From Tricharina praecox (Eukaryota), in contig NW_026250410.1 of NCBI RefSeq assembly GCF_024521635.1, forward strand, positions 186,001-250,000: a DNA stretch of 64,000 nt, written 5' to 3'. Positions 39,185 to 50,154 of this stretch are shown in pieces. A program made the position numbers and the translations under genes. The notes below the pieces were generated by a model. That model was given only the letters and a program-made list of their open reading frames with translations, searched no databases and was not told the DNA's origin. How positions within the stretch are numbered: position 1 is the first letter of the stretch; every line of letters starts with the position of its first letter.

Positions 39185-40230
39185 TCAACTCAACCAAAAC
39201 ACCTCATTCTCCAGGTCCTCCATGCACATCCTCCTAACCGCACACGCATCCAGCACATCGACCGCCATCTCCCCCATCGGCAATCGTTCCAGATAGTGCA
39301 CCTCGGTCATGCCCAATCGCTTCATATAATCCAGCGTCCGCTCATAATTCAATCCGACCTGTTCGTTGCAATGCGCGTCGTCGCTGAGCGTGAAGCGGCC
39401 GTCGAAGGACATGAAAGCCTTCTCTCATCAGTGACAAGGGGGAGGGGGAAGGGGGAGGGGACGTACGGAGCAGATATCAGGGCCGGGATACGGCGTCTCC
39501 CAGCCCTTCCTTAAGCTGGCGGAATTGATCTCCAGGAGGCCGTTGTAGGATTTCACAAAGTCGAGGTTCCTGAGCACCTTTTTCCATACGGCGTCGCCAT
39601 AGCTGCGTATTTCCCTTGTCGGATCCCTCGCCATGAGCCGGATGAGATCGAAGTGGCCGACGACGGCGGGGCGCAGCTGCGTCAGCATTTCGTACTGGTG
39701 ATCAAAGTACTGCTCGAACAGGACCTCCTCCTTGTCGCCGGCGCCGCACGAGGCGAGCGCGCGCTCGTACGTCGCCCGGTCGAAGTCGATCGGGATCGTG
39801 TTGACGTGGTGCACCGACCCCACGAAGAAGTCGAACTTGTAGATCGGTTGCAGGTCCCGCACGATGTCGATCGATGACGGCCGTATGTACTCGGCTTCGA
39901 AGCCGACGAGAAGCTGGATGTGCGCCTGGTACTGCCCGCGCAGGAGGATGGCCGCATCGTAGTACGCGGCGAAAGTGTGGAATAGGTCGAAGTTGGTTGC
40001 TTGCGCTGAGACCTGCGAGAGGTGTTAGTGCGTGCGGATATGTCGTGGAGTGCGGGAGACGGGTGATGTACCTCCTCCGGGTAGAGATCTTCTACTTGGT
40101 CCCGCGGCATGTGCTCGGTCAGGGCGAACACGCGCATCCCGCGGGAGATGGCGGTTCTCACCATGCTCTCGAGGGTGTCCTTGGCATGGTGACAGAACTG
40201 TCCCGAGTGACTGTGGTGGGAGAATGGCAT
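39185..40230 (-). CDS. HIS2: Histidinol-phosphatase, PHP family (3 exons)
   Basis: MPFSHHSHSGQFCHHA, LTEHMPR, GFEAEYI, VGSVHHV, VVGHFDLIRL, EINSASLRKGW..PYP, FTLSDDAH. Confidence 0.95.
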
Positions 40231-43200
40231 AGATGGTATTCTGGGCTGGCTGTCTGGGCTGGCTGTCTGGGGGCTGGCTCAATGCTCACACACACGACGG
40301 TCCGATTTGTAGGTGGATTCGCAGGAGAGGAAAGGACTGACAAGAGAGGCCCGTCCACAGAAAGTTATACTCAGCCCAGCGGCAACGTCCGCTCTTTGAT
40401 CAGGTAAATAAGCTCCTGTGAGTAGGCGGACAGACAGACAGACAGGGCAAAGGTAACTAGGGATACCACCCCCCCTAGCTAAGCCAAAAAAAAAAGAAGT
40501 GCGGGCCAGCTGCAAGTGCTGCAAGTGCTGCATGCAAGAGAGAGTATGAGCTGCAAATGCAATTCCCGAGACCCCAAAACCCAAAGAAACGGGCCAGACA
40601 CTACCTGGGAACGGGTATGTATGTAGAACAGAGTATGATGTATCGTATCGATGAGTGTGTGTCTGTGGATGTGTGTGTGTGTTGGGTGTGGTTGGTGGTT
40701 GGTAGTCGGTAGATGCAGATTGTTTAACTAAGAAGTACTTAGGTTAGTTAGATTAGGTACACTAGAGCGACCTGAAAAAGTAAAAGAAGAAAAAGAAAAG
40801 AAAAGAAAAAAACTGCCACCAAGCTTCAACAGCTCCAGCTCTCAGCTCCCCCAGCTTCCCCAGCTGCACTGCACTTTGCTGTCCCCGTTCCATTCCTGTG
40901 TGCACTTCCGCGAGCGGTTTCTTGAATCGTCCCAACAACAACAACGATTTCAACAACGGGGTGAAGTCCGAGCGTCAACTTGCCGAGTGATCCAAAATAA
41001 TAGTGGCCGGCCGGCACGGGGGACACGGGGGACGAGATCCTGTTTGGGCTTTCCGATAGATGGTTATCGACTGCTGGCTGGCTGGATGGCTGGCCGGAGG
41101 CGGTGGAAACGTCAAACGGTGGGGGGGAAGGAATTATGAGATGTGAGGAGTGATGAAGGAGAGCACTCTAGTGACATACCTATAGGTAGCAATCTGAACT
41201 CTGAACTGGGGCAAGACCGAGAGTACTAGTAGTTAACTAACGATGGAGGAGGATCGGTTTCTGTGATGCTGGACAGCAGACGTGGAGTATGATATGTACT
41301 ACTTAGTAGTAGTTGGTGGTTAACCCTGCACAGACGGGTCAGTTATGTACGTGTATAAGATCAGATGAGAGTTGTGCAAGTAGACAAGTATCCAGGTAAG
41401 TACCATACCCAACTCACATGTAGGCAGTCCCACGCGTTCCCGGGCTGGCATGTATGTAGACGTACCCACTGCCCAGCCCTCATCTCTTTTCCGAGCTGGT
41501 GATGTGATGTGATGGCCACTCCACTCCGATCGTTTAGCAACTGCGGTGGTGGTGGTGGTGGTGGTGGTGGCCATGTGGGCTATGTAGAGTACCACCATAT
41601 CACAGTAACTTAGTTAGCGTTGGTTCCATCGACCAATGGGAATGCACACTTGCCATCGCACAGAATACCGGTATGTAACCATCCAACAGAGGCCAGCTGC
41701 CAGCTGCCAGTTCTTCAGGAGTTGCGATACATAGTTATCCGTTCAAACCATCAGCACCACCATCATGCCCCCCCGTATTGTGCCGTATCCGTCTTTACCC
41801 CGTGCACAAAAACTGTCAGCAGTCAGTGAGACCGACACGCGGGAGTAGTTAACCCATCCCCCATCCGTTGGCATGATCATTTGCTACCGTACCGTATGTA
41901 TAACGTGGATCTCCAACTTACCCTTCCTCCTCCCCCACCCCCACCTCCTCCCCATCCTACAACGCCCTACCGTACCATCTCCCCGCCCGAGTTGGTTAAA
42001 CTTTTCTCCTTCTCCGTTCTCCAACGCGATTCGTCAGTCGCAATCCCCGGACCGGATATCAGATCCTCTCGAACATGAAGAAAAAAGGGGAAAAGCCCGA
42101 GGCTAACTACCCACATACTGCAATCCTGTGGATTCGTTGTCCTGGCTTCAATCTCCTACTTGAGATGCGGGGATTGGGGACGCCGTTTAAGGCTCGAAAA
42201 CGCGCACAAGGAATTTATGTATGTATGTAGGTACGTCGATCATGCTGCAGCAAGGGGAACGGAAGGGAAGGGAAGAGAAGGGAAGGAGCCCGGGGAGGAA
42301 GCGGTTAACGACGTTTATGCTGGAGAGTGGAGACTGGAGACTGTAGAAGGAACTCTTACCGCTACTTGTCAGCTGTTAGTTAACGCCAACTTACCGGAAC
42401 TGGCCGCTGTTAAGCTGTTAAGTTGTGGCTGATCGCCTTGCTGGCAAGTGGCTCAAGCCTCAAGCACTGCAGTGATGCACTGCCGACTTGTCCCCGCCCC
42501 CCTCGCCGCTTCCCCTCCCGTTGACGGTGCAGAGCCACGGTATGTACCCCCCGCAAAGCAGCCAATCCTCGTGTCCTGTACGTGACCCCCTCCCCCCCAC
42601 CAAACGAAACCACCAATGATGTCCCACAGTCCCACAGCGCCTAATCCACCCACCCGTCTCTCTCGCGCCACGCCAGGAACACCCGACACCCGTGTAGTTG
42701 AACCAAACCAATGCAGGGCAAGACGCCCTATCAGATTTGTTTGTGTTGCTGTGCTGTGCATGCGTGGGGGCCACAGGCTGTTGGTTATGTACCATGGGTA
42801 GAGTACCGGTATGTAAAGTACGTATAATTGCTCGTAAGGCCCGGCAGTTCGGTGCATACTTAGGTAAGGTATGTATATCAAACTTCTGAGGCTGCATGTG
42901 TTTTCCTTTTATGATTATCGTATCATAACTACTCTCCGATTGTGCGATATCGATCCCATCGTAACGCGCAGTCAAAATGTTATGGGGTAGTTGCTAGGTA
43001 GTAGGTAGCCAGCCTCCAGGTAGGCTAACACGATGTTCCACGCAGCAAAAGCGGAAGCAGAAGCACACAAACGAAATCAATCCGAGTTGAAAGTGAAAGG
43101 TAGTGCATTCCCGGCCGGTGGAGAATCCGGCGGACCTCATCCTCATACATGCATGTTCCAGGAAACACATTGGAAGTCGGTATTATACATACTAGTTAGT

Positions 43201-46200
43201 AGGTCCATAGGTATCAAAACAACCGTACGATGCTGGTGGGGCACGTGGCGTCCAGACTCCAGACCGAGCTCCAGGTTTGTCTGTAGTTTTTGCAGCCACC
43301 ACTTTTTTCCTGGTGGACCGTGGAGATATCAGGTCCGTCTGCACTGTATCTAGCCAGATTTCCAGGTTGCCGGCATCGGTGTCCGCAATATATGTACCCT
43401 AGATAGGGAGGTATGTACTGGACGAACCCCGATACCACCGAACTTTCGTGTCATTGGAGGATAATCTTTACTTGTCCCCCACTCCATTCTGGAACGTCAT
43501 CCGAGTACCGAATTAGCTGCACCGGCTAGCTCGTGAGTCGTGATCCTGTAGGCTGTAGGTATTCTGGCTTCCTATGGTGGCATTCGTATTGGGCCCGAGT
43601 GACAAAAGCTCCAAAGATACTCGCAGTAGTTAGTGGGCAAATCAGATTGGCTAGAGGAGGAAGCCATCATGCCTGATGCCTGATGCCATATACAGTACAT
43701 ACCTACAACACCGTTGTTGCGTGCGTGCAGCAGAGTTGAATTGTACTGTACTATAGGGTGCTGATCTTCCTCATCATCATGTGTCAGCAATGATCTCAAG
43801 TTTCAACTCGAAACCATGCCCGTCGGAGTCTCATGGATGTATGTAGGAATACATGCCTACATACATACCGGGTTTTCGGAGCACGGTGCACTGTGCAGCG
43901 AATCGGATGGGCGGTTGTCGGATAAGCTTCAGCCAAATGGCCGCCGTGCCGTAGCCATTGGCACCGTACTGTTATATTGTTATATTCGGCTCCAGCTTTT
44001 ATCCCCCTGCAGATCATAAATAAGTTTAGATATCGGTCTGTGGTAACTGGTTGCATCCGGACTCCTTCCTACGGGCCTACGGGCCTACGCCGGCATCGTT
44101 CCGACTTAGGAGAGAGAAAAGAAATCTTCAGTTTCGTTTGCGATCGATTGGACTTGCGCTTGGAGTCAGTACGGTAGGTAGGTAAGTAGGTAGGCATGCA
44201 CGGTCGATAAAGGCCTTGGATGTCCCTTCCTGTCCTCACGAGAGACTGCGAAGCCAGGCTTCACGTTCAGAATATCCTATGGATGGATAAAACTTCGCAC
44301 GAGAATGGGGTTTCCCAATTCGCTGGAAGGGGTGCCTAGGCTGTGATTTGCAGTACTCAAGCTGCATGAACAAACGGCCAGGACGGCAGCGACGTTCTGC
44401 TTTGGTTCCGAACGGGTGGGGGAAAAGAAAAGTCTCGGTCATAGTACATACCGACAATTTGCCGTGTTCCAATTGCTACAAATGTATCCAAGACGGCGAG
44501 TGCCCCGCGTTCCCCCACACAATACAGTCGGCTGCTCGGTGGTTTGATGCGTCCGTGTGCAAGTGTCTGACCCCGATCATACACTAGAGCAGGTATGATA
44601 AACATGGTTTCTCGCCCTGAAAAGCGATTCGCGTAAGTACAGGGTTCAGCGAGTGGAGCAGCCAATCAGCGCTGCGGCCCACAGGAAACCATCCCACGAA
44701 GATGACGATATATGTATGTAGGAGGTATGTATATGTATGATGCTGATGTGCGAGACATCATGCACCACATGTCCACTGCATGAGAAGTCACTCCGATTGG
44801 GTCGCCTGTGCGAGGTCCAACTATCGATAAGACAGTGATCGGAGCTAGTGAGATGTTTTTCGTCCACTTTTCTTCTGTCGGAAATCGTCAGCGAGGTCAT
44901 TGGCTGCTTCGTGCCTGTCAAATGAAAGTTGATATCAGGCAGAAAAATGTGATATGGGATCGACATTCCGTAAGTTATGTTTGGCTTTCAAGGCTCGCAC
45001 TCCCCTCTTCCCCTCTTCCCCCTCTCCCCCTTCATATTTGACACTCAGGTATGACAAGCTCAACTCACAATCGACAGCTCCGATCCCGTTTGATCATGAT
45101 GGCAAGTGGGCATGCATTGCGCTGGCTGGTCAGCTTTTTGCTTTCTTATCAGTATGTAAGTATGGTAGCCTGTGCCCGTCAACCAACTATCTACCGAAGT
45201 GCGGCGTAGCAGTAGGCCGCAAACAATCCCCCTCCACGATGGCCGCTAGGGGGGTGGAACGATGATGATGATATATACTGCCGCCCAGTGGGTGTATGTG
45301 GACGGACCGACTGATGCCGAGCGGTCTGTGAAATTGCCGTGGGCTTGTCCAATGGGTTATGCTGTTGCGGCTAGACACGTATGTGACGATGGATAGGCAG
45401 CAGTGTGCTCGTGACTAGCGGAGCAAATGCGTCGTCCGTCTGCTCGTCAGTCCGTCAGTCCTCTATCGACGGCGACCGTCCGAGTGGAGTGGTAATAAGC
45501 GTGCGTGGAGTATTCCGGGTACTATATGATAGAAAAGTGAGAGCTACTAGTACTAGGTATCTAGAGTACCTAGGTAAGTAAGTAGGCACTGTAGCGCATA
45601 TCGAATTCCAACGCGCAGTTGCGACAATTCACCATATGTATCATAGCATAAGCAAACATACAGGTATGTATGTGCTGTGAGGTCAGTGGTCACAGCCGCG
45701 TGGCCGCATTGCCGGCAGCAGCGCTTGGTCCACCTTGACCGAATCCCGACGAGTCAACGACCAAACGTCCACCGACGCCCCCGAATCCCCGATGGACACA
45801 CCGTTATCCCTTTGCATATGGCCGGCAGCAGTCTCGCTGGAAATAATAACCGGAAACCCTCTGGTAGCGGCCTGAAGGCTGAGTGCCGACGTTCCCACCC
45901 ACCCAGGCCGCTGTCCCGTCTAGTGCAATCAGAGGCGAGGATTTTGATGCCTGCGAGCTGCTGTGGGCGACTCGGCGGAGAGGGTGGTTGAGTGTGATAT
46001 TGACGTAGCCCTGGAAGGGAGACGGTGAAAATCAAAGATGATGGAGAAGTTGAGGTTGTATTCAACTTCGAAGGGCCAGCTAATATGGCTCTCCTCCGCT
46101 GCCTACAACGTTTGGTGTCACTCGATCCGGCTAGTCCGGCTGACACCACCATTTGGATCCACCGATTCGACTAACCTCTCTTCCTCCTATCTTATCAGAT

Positions 46201-46208
46201 CCTATATC

Positions 46209-46584
46209 CAGTGTTCTTCATAGTCCGGTATGGACTGCCAGGACCCAGCCCCGTCCGTGCCTTTTAGAGGACGGGATAAAAGTAGTCCGTCGCATCCGCC
46301 GATTTTCTGGACGGGGTTGGACTGCAGTCCGGTAGTGAAAGAAAATGCCCCTCTTTTCAGCACTTCACTACCAACTATGACAGTGACCTTTCCGCGGGAC
46401 CGCCTTCGTGCATTCCGCTGGACATATGTACTTGCACCAGTCCTGGCAGTCGACTGCAGTCCGTCTCGTCCGACCTTACTGGTGGACCAGTCCGTCCAAC
46501 ATACACCTCCGGACGGACTGGATGTATGTAGTCCAGTCCCGTCCATGAGTTCGGGCGGACTAGACCGGACTATGTAGAGCTCTC
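46209..46584. mobile_element. Putative non-autonomous MITE-like element (~376 bp, 21-bp imperfect TIRs)
   Basis: Left end CAGTGTTCTTCATAGTCCGGT (46209-46229) matches the reverse complement of the right end, GAGAGCTCTACATAGTCCGGT (46564-46584), at 17/21. Interior is packed with GGAC/GTCC motifs in both orientations. No transposase ORF and no clean TSD. Confidence 0.55.
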
Positions 46585-47751
46585 ATCCATCTATCCTACA
46601 TGTGCTCCTCTCATGGTGGTGGCAGACGACAGGTATGTAGCGTGGTGAGTGTCTCCGTGTGACACGTGACATGGAGAACATTGGCTGAGCTGCACCCTAA
46701 GCCCTAAGACGGTGATCATGTTCCACCACGACCTACATACACAAGCAAAATAGGTAGTCGAGCAAAAGTGCAGATGGGGAGTGAATACTCAGGCAGAAAC
46801 CATTCGGGGTAGAAACCATTCAGAGAGGAGCCCTCCACTTTCCGATACGCTGACGGAAAGCACAAGTTCGCAGTTCACCCCGCCCTTTTTGCTTGATCGT
46901 ATGTATGTCTCGCATTCAATCTTAGATCTCCTCCATTTTCACTGGTTCGGCGTGGCAAGACTCGTGATCCCCCCTTCAGACAGAGCGCACTTCCGAGCAC
47001 GGATCGTGATCTACCAGGTAACCGCACTTGAGCTCACCGACTCTTCCCGCGACGAAGCCGTTTCCGCGGTGGGGGGGAACATCGACTATCCCAACATAGT
47101 AGCCTCTCCCCTCCCTCTTCCCCGCGCGGGAACACCATCCAGACGAGCGAGAGCGCTAGCGGTTGGCTGGCCGCATGGACGAGCTCGCTGCTTAAGGCCA
47201 CGGCTTGCCACGGCTGGCCACGCGGACGCATGGGAAATGCACACAGCCACGAATCGGATAGCTGCGTATGAGGTTCGAGTACGAGGTCGAGTATTACCTA
47301 TGATTCTATCATGCTACTCGAGGTCTTTGGAGGATCGGAGGATCGAGCTTGGCCTTGACTTCAAAACACAGCCCCCCGCGTAGTTCCCCCCGTGCGCGGG
47401 GCTGTGGACTGTGGACTGGACTGTGGATTCCTTCCTTCGGTGACTCTGGAGTCTGGAATTGAGTTGGTGCTTGAACATACTCCACATGGGCTGATATTTC
47501 TGATGATATTCCGGCGGGACTCTGGACAACGGCAAAAAAGAATATATCTCGTCTCATTTGCCCGGACAACTACCATTATTCCCATCCCCGTCGCCGTCCG
47601 CCTACTATGAGGTAAGTTTTCTCGCTCGCTACATATCCTCCGCGAAAAAAAACTAGATAGGTACTGTAAAAAACTCTCCGCACAAAGCCTCTCAAAGAAA
47701 ACCAAAAACCAAAAACACAATCATCATACAAATCATTATCATGATACAGTG

Positions 47752-47846
47752 CACACACACACACATACACACACACACACACACATACACACACACACAC
47801 ACACATACACACACACACACACACATACACACACACACACACACAC
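47752..47846 (+). repeat. (CA)n microsatellite with 20-bp higher-order period
   Basis: Single T interruptions at 47766, 47786, 47806 and 47826. Confidence 0.95.
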
Positions 47847-47905
47847 AAAAGACTCTATATGAACCCTCCACCAAGCACTTCCTTAGCCATCAGTGACCAC
47901 CGTCA

Positions 47906-48556
47906 CTATGCGCAGCACCCATAAGCATGCCCACAGCAACACGCGGAGCAGTCGTTGTAGCAGTCATTGTAGCAGCCGCCGTAGCAGTCGTTGTAGCCGT
48001 TGTAGCCGCCGCAGCCGCTGTAGCTCCAGCCGCCCGCGCACCCCATGCCCGAGCACCCCATGCCCATGCCCGCCCTCGAGCTCGAGCTCCCGCCCGAACT
48101 CCCCGAGCACGCACTCGAGTTCTGCAGCTGGTAGATACCCGTGCTGGAGCTCCACGAGGCGGCACTCGCGTTCGCACTCGGGTGCTGCAGGTAGTACACC
48201 TCCCCGCCACCCGCACCCCTCCCGTCTTTCCGCCCTCTGCTCCCTCTGTTGCTCCCGCTCTTCCGCCCCTTATCCCGTCCTCTTTCTCTTTCCCGTTCCC
48301 GCTCCTTCCGCGGTGTTTGCCCCGGCGGTGGTGCTGCAGAGGGGTAGGCGTAGTATCCGGGCGGATATACCTCCTCATACGCCGGCGGCGGTAGCGGTGG
48401 TAGTGGTGCTGCTGGAGGAAGAGGAGGAGCAGGAATGGGGGGTTGACGGGTGCGGTCACGGGTGCGGCGGTATCGCTTTACTGCCGACGTGAGCAGCGGC
48501 ATCGCGCCGGTGCTGACTAGGCCGGCTATTGCGAGGCCGAGTTCGAGGCCGGACAT
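47906..48556 (-). CDS. Orphan 216-aa protein: N-terminal hydrophobic segment, Pro-rich PPxY motifs, Gly/Tyr/Asn/Cys-rich C-terminus
   Basis: ATG at 48556 follows a CT/CA-rich leader. Intronless ORF MSGLELGLAIAGLVSTGAMPLL...PPPAYEEVYPPGY...CYNDCYNDCSACCCGHAYGCCA*. Low complexity lowers certainty. Confidence 0.6.
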   Translation of the reverse strand: MSGLELGLAIAGLVSTGAMPLLTSAVKRYRRTRDRTRQPPIPAPPLPPAAPLPPLPPPAYEEVYPPGYYAYPSAAPPPGQTPRKERERERERGRDKGRKSGSNRGSRGRKDGRGAGGGEVYYLQHPSANASAASWSSSTGIYQLQNSSACSGSSGGSSSSRAGMGMGCSGMGCAGGWSYSGCGGYNGYNDCYGGCYNDCYNDCSACCCGHAYGCCA

Positions 48557-49134
48557 TCCGGGTGGTGTGGTGTGGTGTGGTGTGGAGATGGAGTGGGGGG
48601 AGGGAGGGAAGGGAGGGAGGTATAATAGGGATATATTGGATGGCTGGTTGGATGGGTGGCTGGTTGGAGGGCTGGAGGACCGGAGAAGATATAGGCACTG
48701 ATCGACTGGATTAGACTGGGTGGAAAATAGCAGAACAGAAGCAGTACCGGAAGGAGGGAATGATCTTATACTCCATAGCTTATTGAGCACATATCTCTTG
48801 CGCTTTTCGTAGATAGCAATACTGCTGTGATATCAACAAACATACATTAGGTACATACCATACCTATCTCGCCACCCCCATCCGCATCCCCATCCCCATC
48901 CCCATCCCCATCCCCCGCATTGCCCGTCCCTCCGAGTGACACAAACACACAAACCGCCTCCGTTCCACAGCCAGGAGCTCGCTATGTGCTCACTTACCCC
49001 CGACTGGCTCCCAGGAGCCCCTCTCCTCCTCCTTATTGTTTTTGGAGGAGACGGGTACTCGCCTGCAGTCTGCAGACATACCTATTTTATTATAGCGACC
49101 AACCAACCATGATGCTCTCTCGTCTACATTACAT

Positions 49135-49191
49135 ACTGCAAGTCTACCTTACTGCAAGTCTACCTTACTGCAAGTCTACCTTACTGCAAGT
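49135..49191 (+). repeat. 16-bp tandem repeat ACTGCAAGTCTACCTT x3.5
   Basis: Perfect direct units visible. Confidence 0.9.
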
Positions 49192-50154
49192 GTGCACTGC
49201 AAGCAACAGGGCGAACAGCAACACGCCGACTTCCGCCTGTAGGCTGTATTGCGGTGCTGTGCGGTGAGGTGATGTGAGGTTGGAACTGAACTGAACTGCG
49301 AACTGCGAACAATCACCCTATGGTGATCTCATCGCGCATTCCCCAGTGCCCCAGTGCACACCCTTGAATGTCCGCGGTGGAGGTGGAGGTGCATACCATG
49401 ATCCCACGCACGATGTGATCACCCGCTCCTACTCCTCCTACATCACGCCGATTGATGCACGCTGATGCACATTCTTCTTCTTCTTTGAGGAGCATGACGG
49501 GAATGCACACCGTGGGACTTTCATTTTCAGCAATGCACTGTGATGCGGTCGGTGGTCGGCGGACGCTCTCTCTCTCGAGAGAGACGGAACAGGTACAGGA
49601 ACAGGAACAGCCTACAGTAATAGGAACAGCCTACAGTAACAGGAACAGGGCGGAAAGAGACAGTGACAGTGTACTATGTACTATGTATATTCCGCAGCCT
49701 AGGTGTTCGTTCGGCTCTGTCTGCCCCCCCCTCCCAGGGCCCCCATGCAGCCCCGAGGCCGAGGGGGTACTACGTGCCCAGCTACCTAGATAATCCAGCA
49801 CTCGGACGATCCGTACGCCCCAAGTTTCCAGTCCAGTCAAAAAAAAAGCCCATCCAGATTCCAGCATGTGTTCCCATGCGTAATGCATCCATTACAAACA
49901 GCGGAAATAAAAGAAGGCCCAAGGGTGCCTATGTCCATGAAGTGCTCGAGATATGTACCTCTACCCAACGAGAGCTGGGGGGTGAAATAGGGAAAATCAA
50001 ATAAGGCAAGGTAAAGGTAAGGCAAGAACGCAATAAACGCAAAACTCCGTAAAGCCGTGCTAGTCATCCATCATGCCATGCCGCCGTGCTTTCCCACCAA
50101 GACCAGGAACAGGAAACAGTCCGTAATACGAGATACAAGCGCCCCCGCCCCGGG

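Noticed and set aside
41148..41205. Box C (GTGATGA) ... box D (CTGA) pair suggesting a C/D snoRNA
   Set aside because: Only ~50 nt long, with no recognisable rRNA guide or internal C'/D' boxes.
47890..48492. Overlapping alternative-frame and antisense ORFs over the Cys-rich gene
   Set aside because: Expected in GC-rich repetitive coding DNA. Only the frame starting at ATG 48556 has a sensible leader and domain layout.
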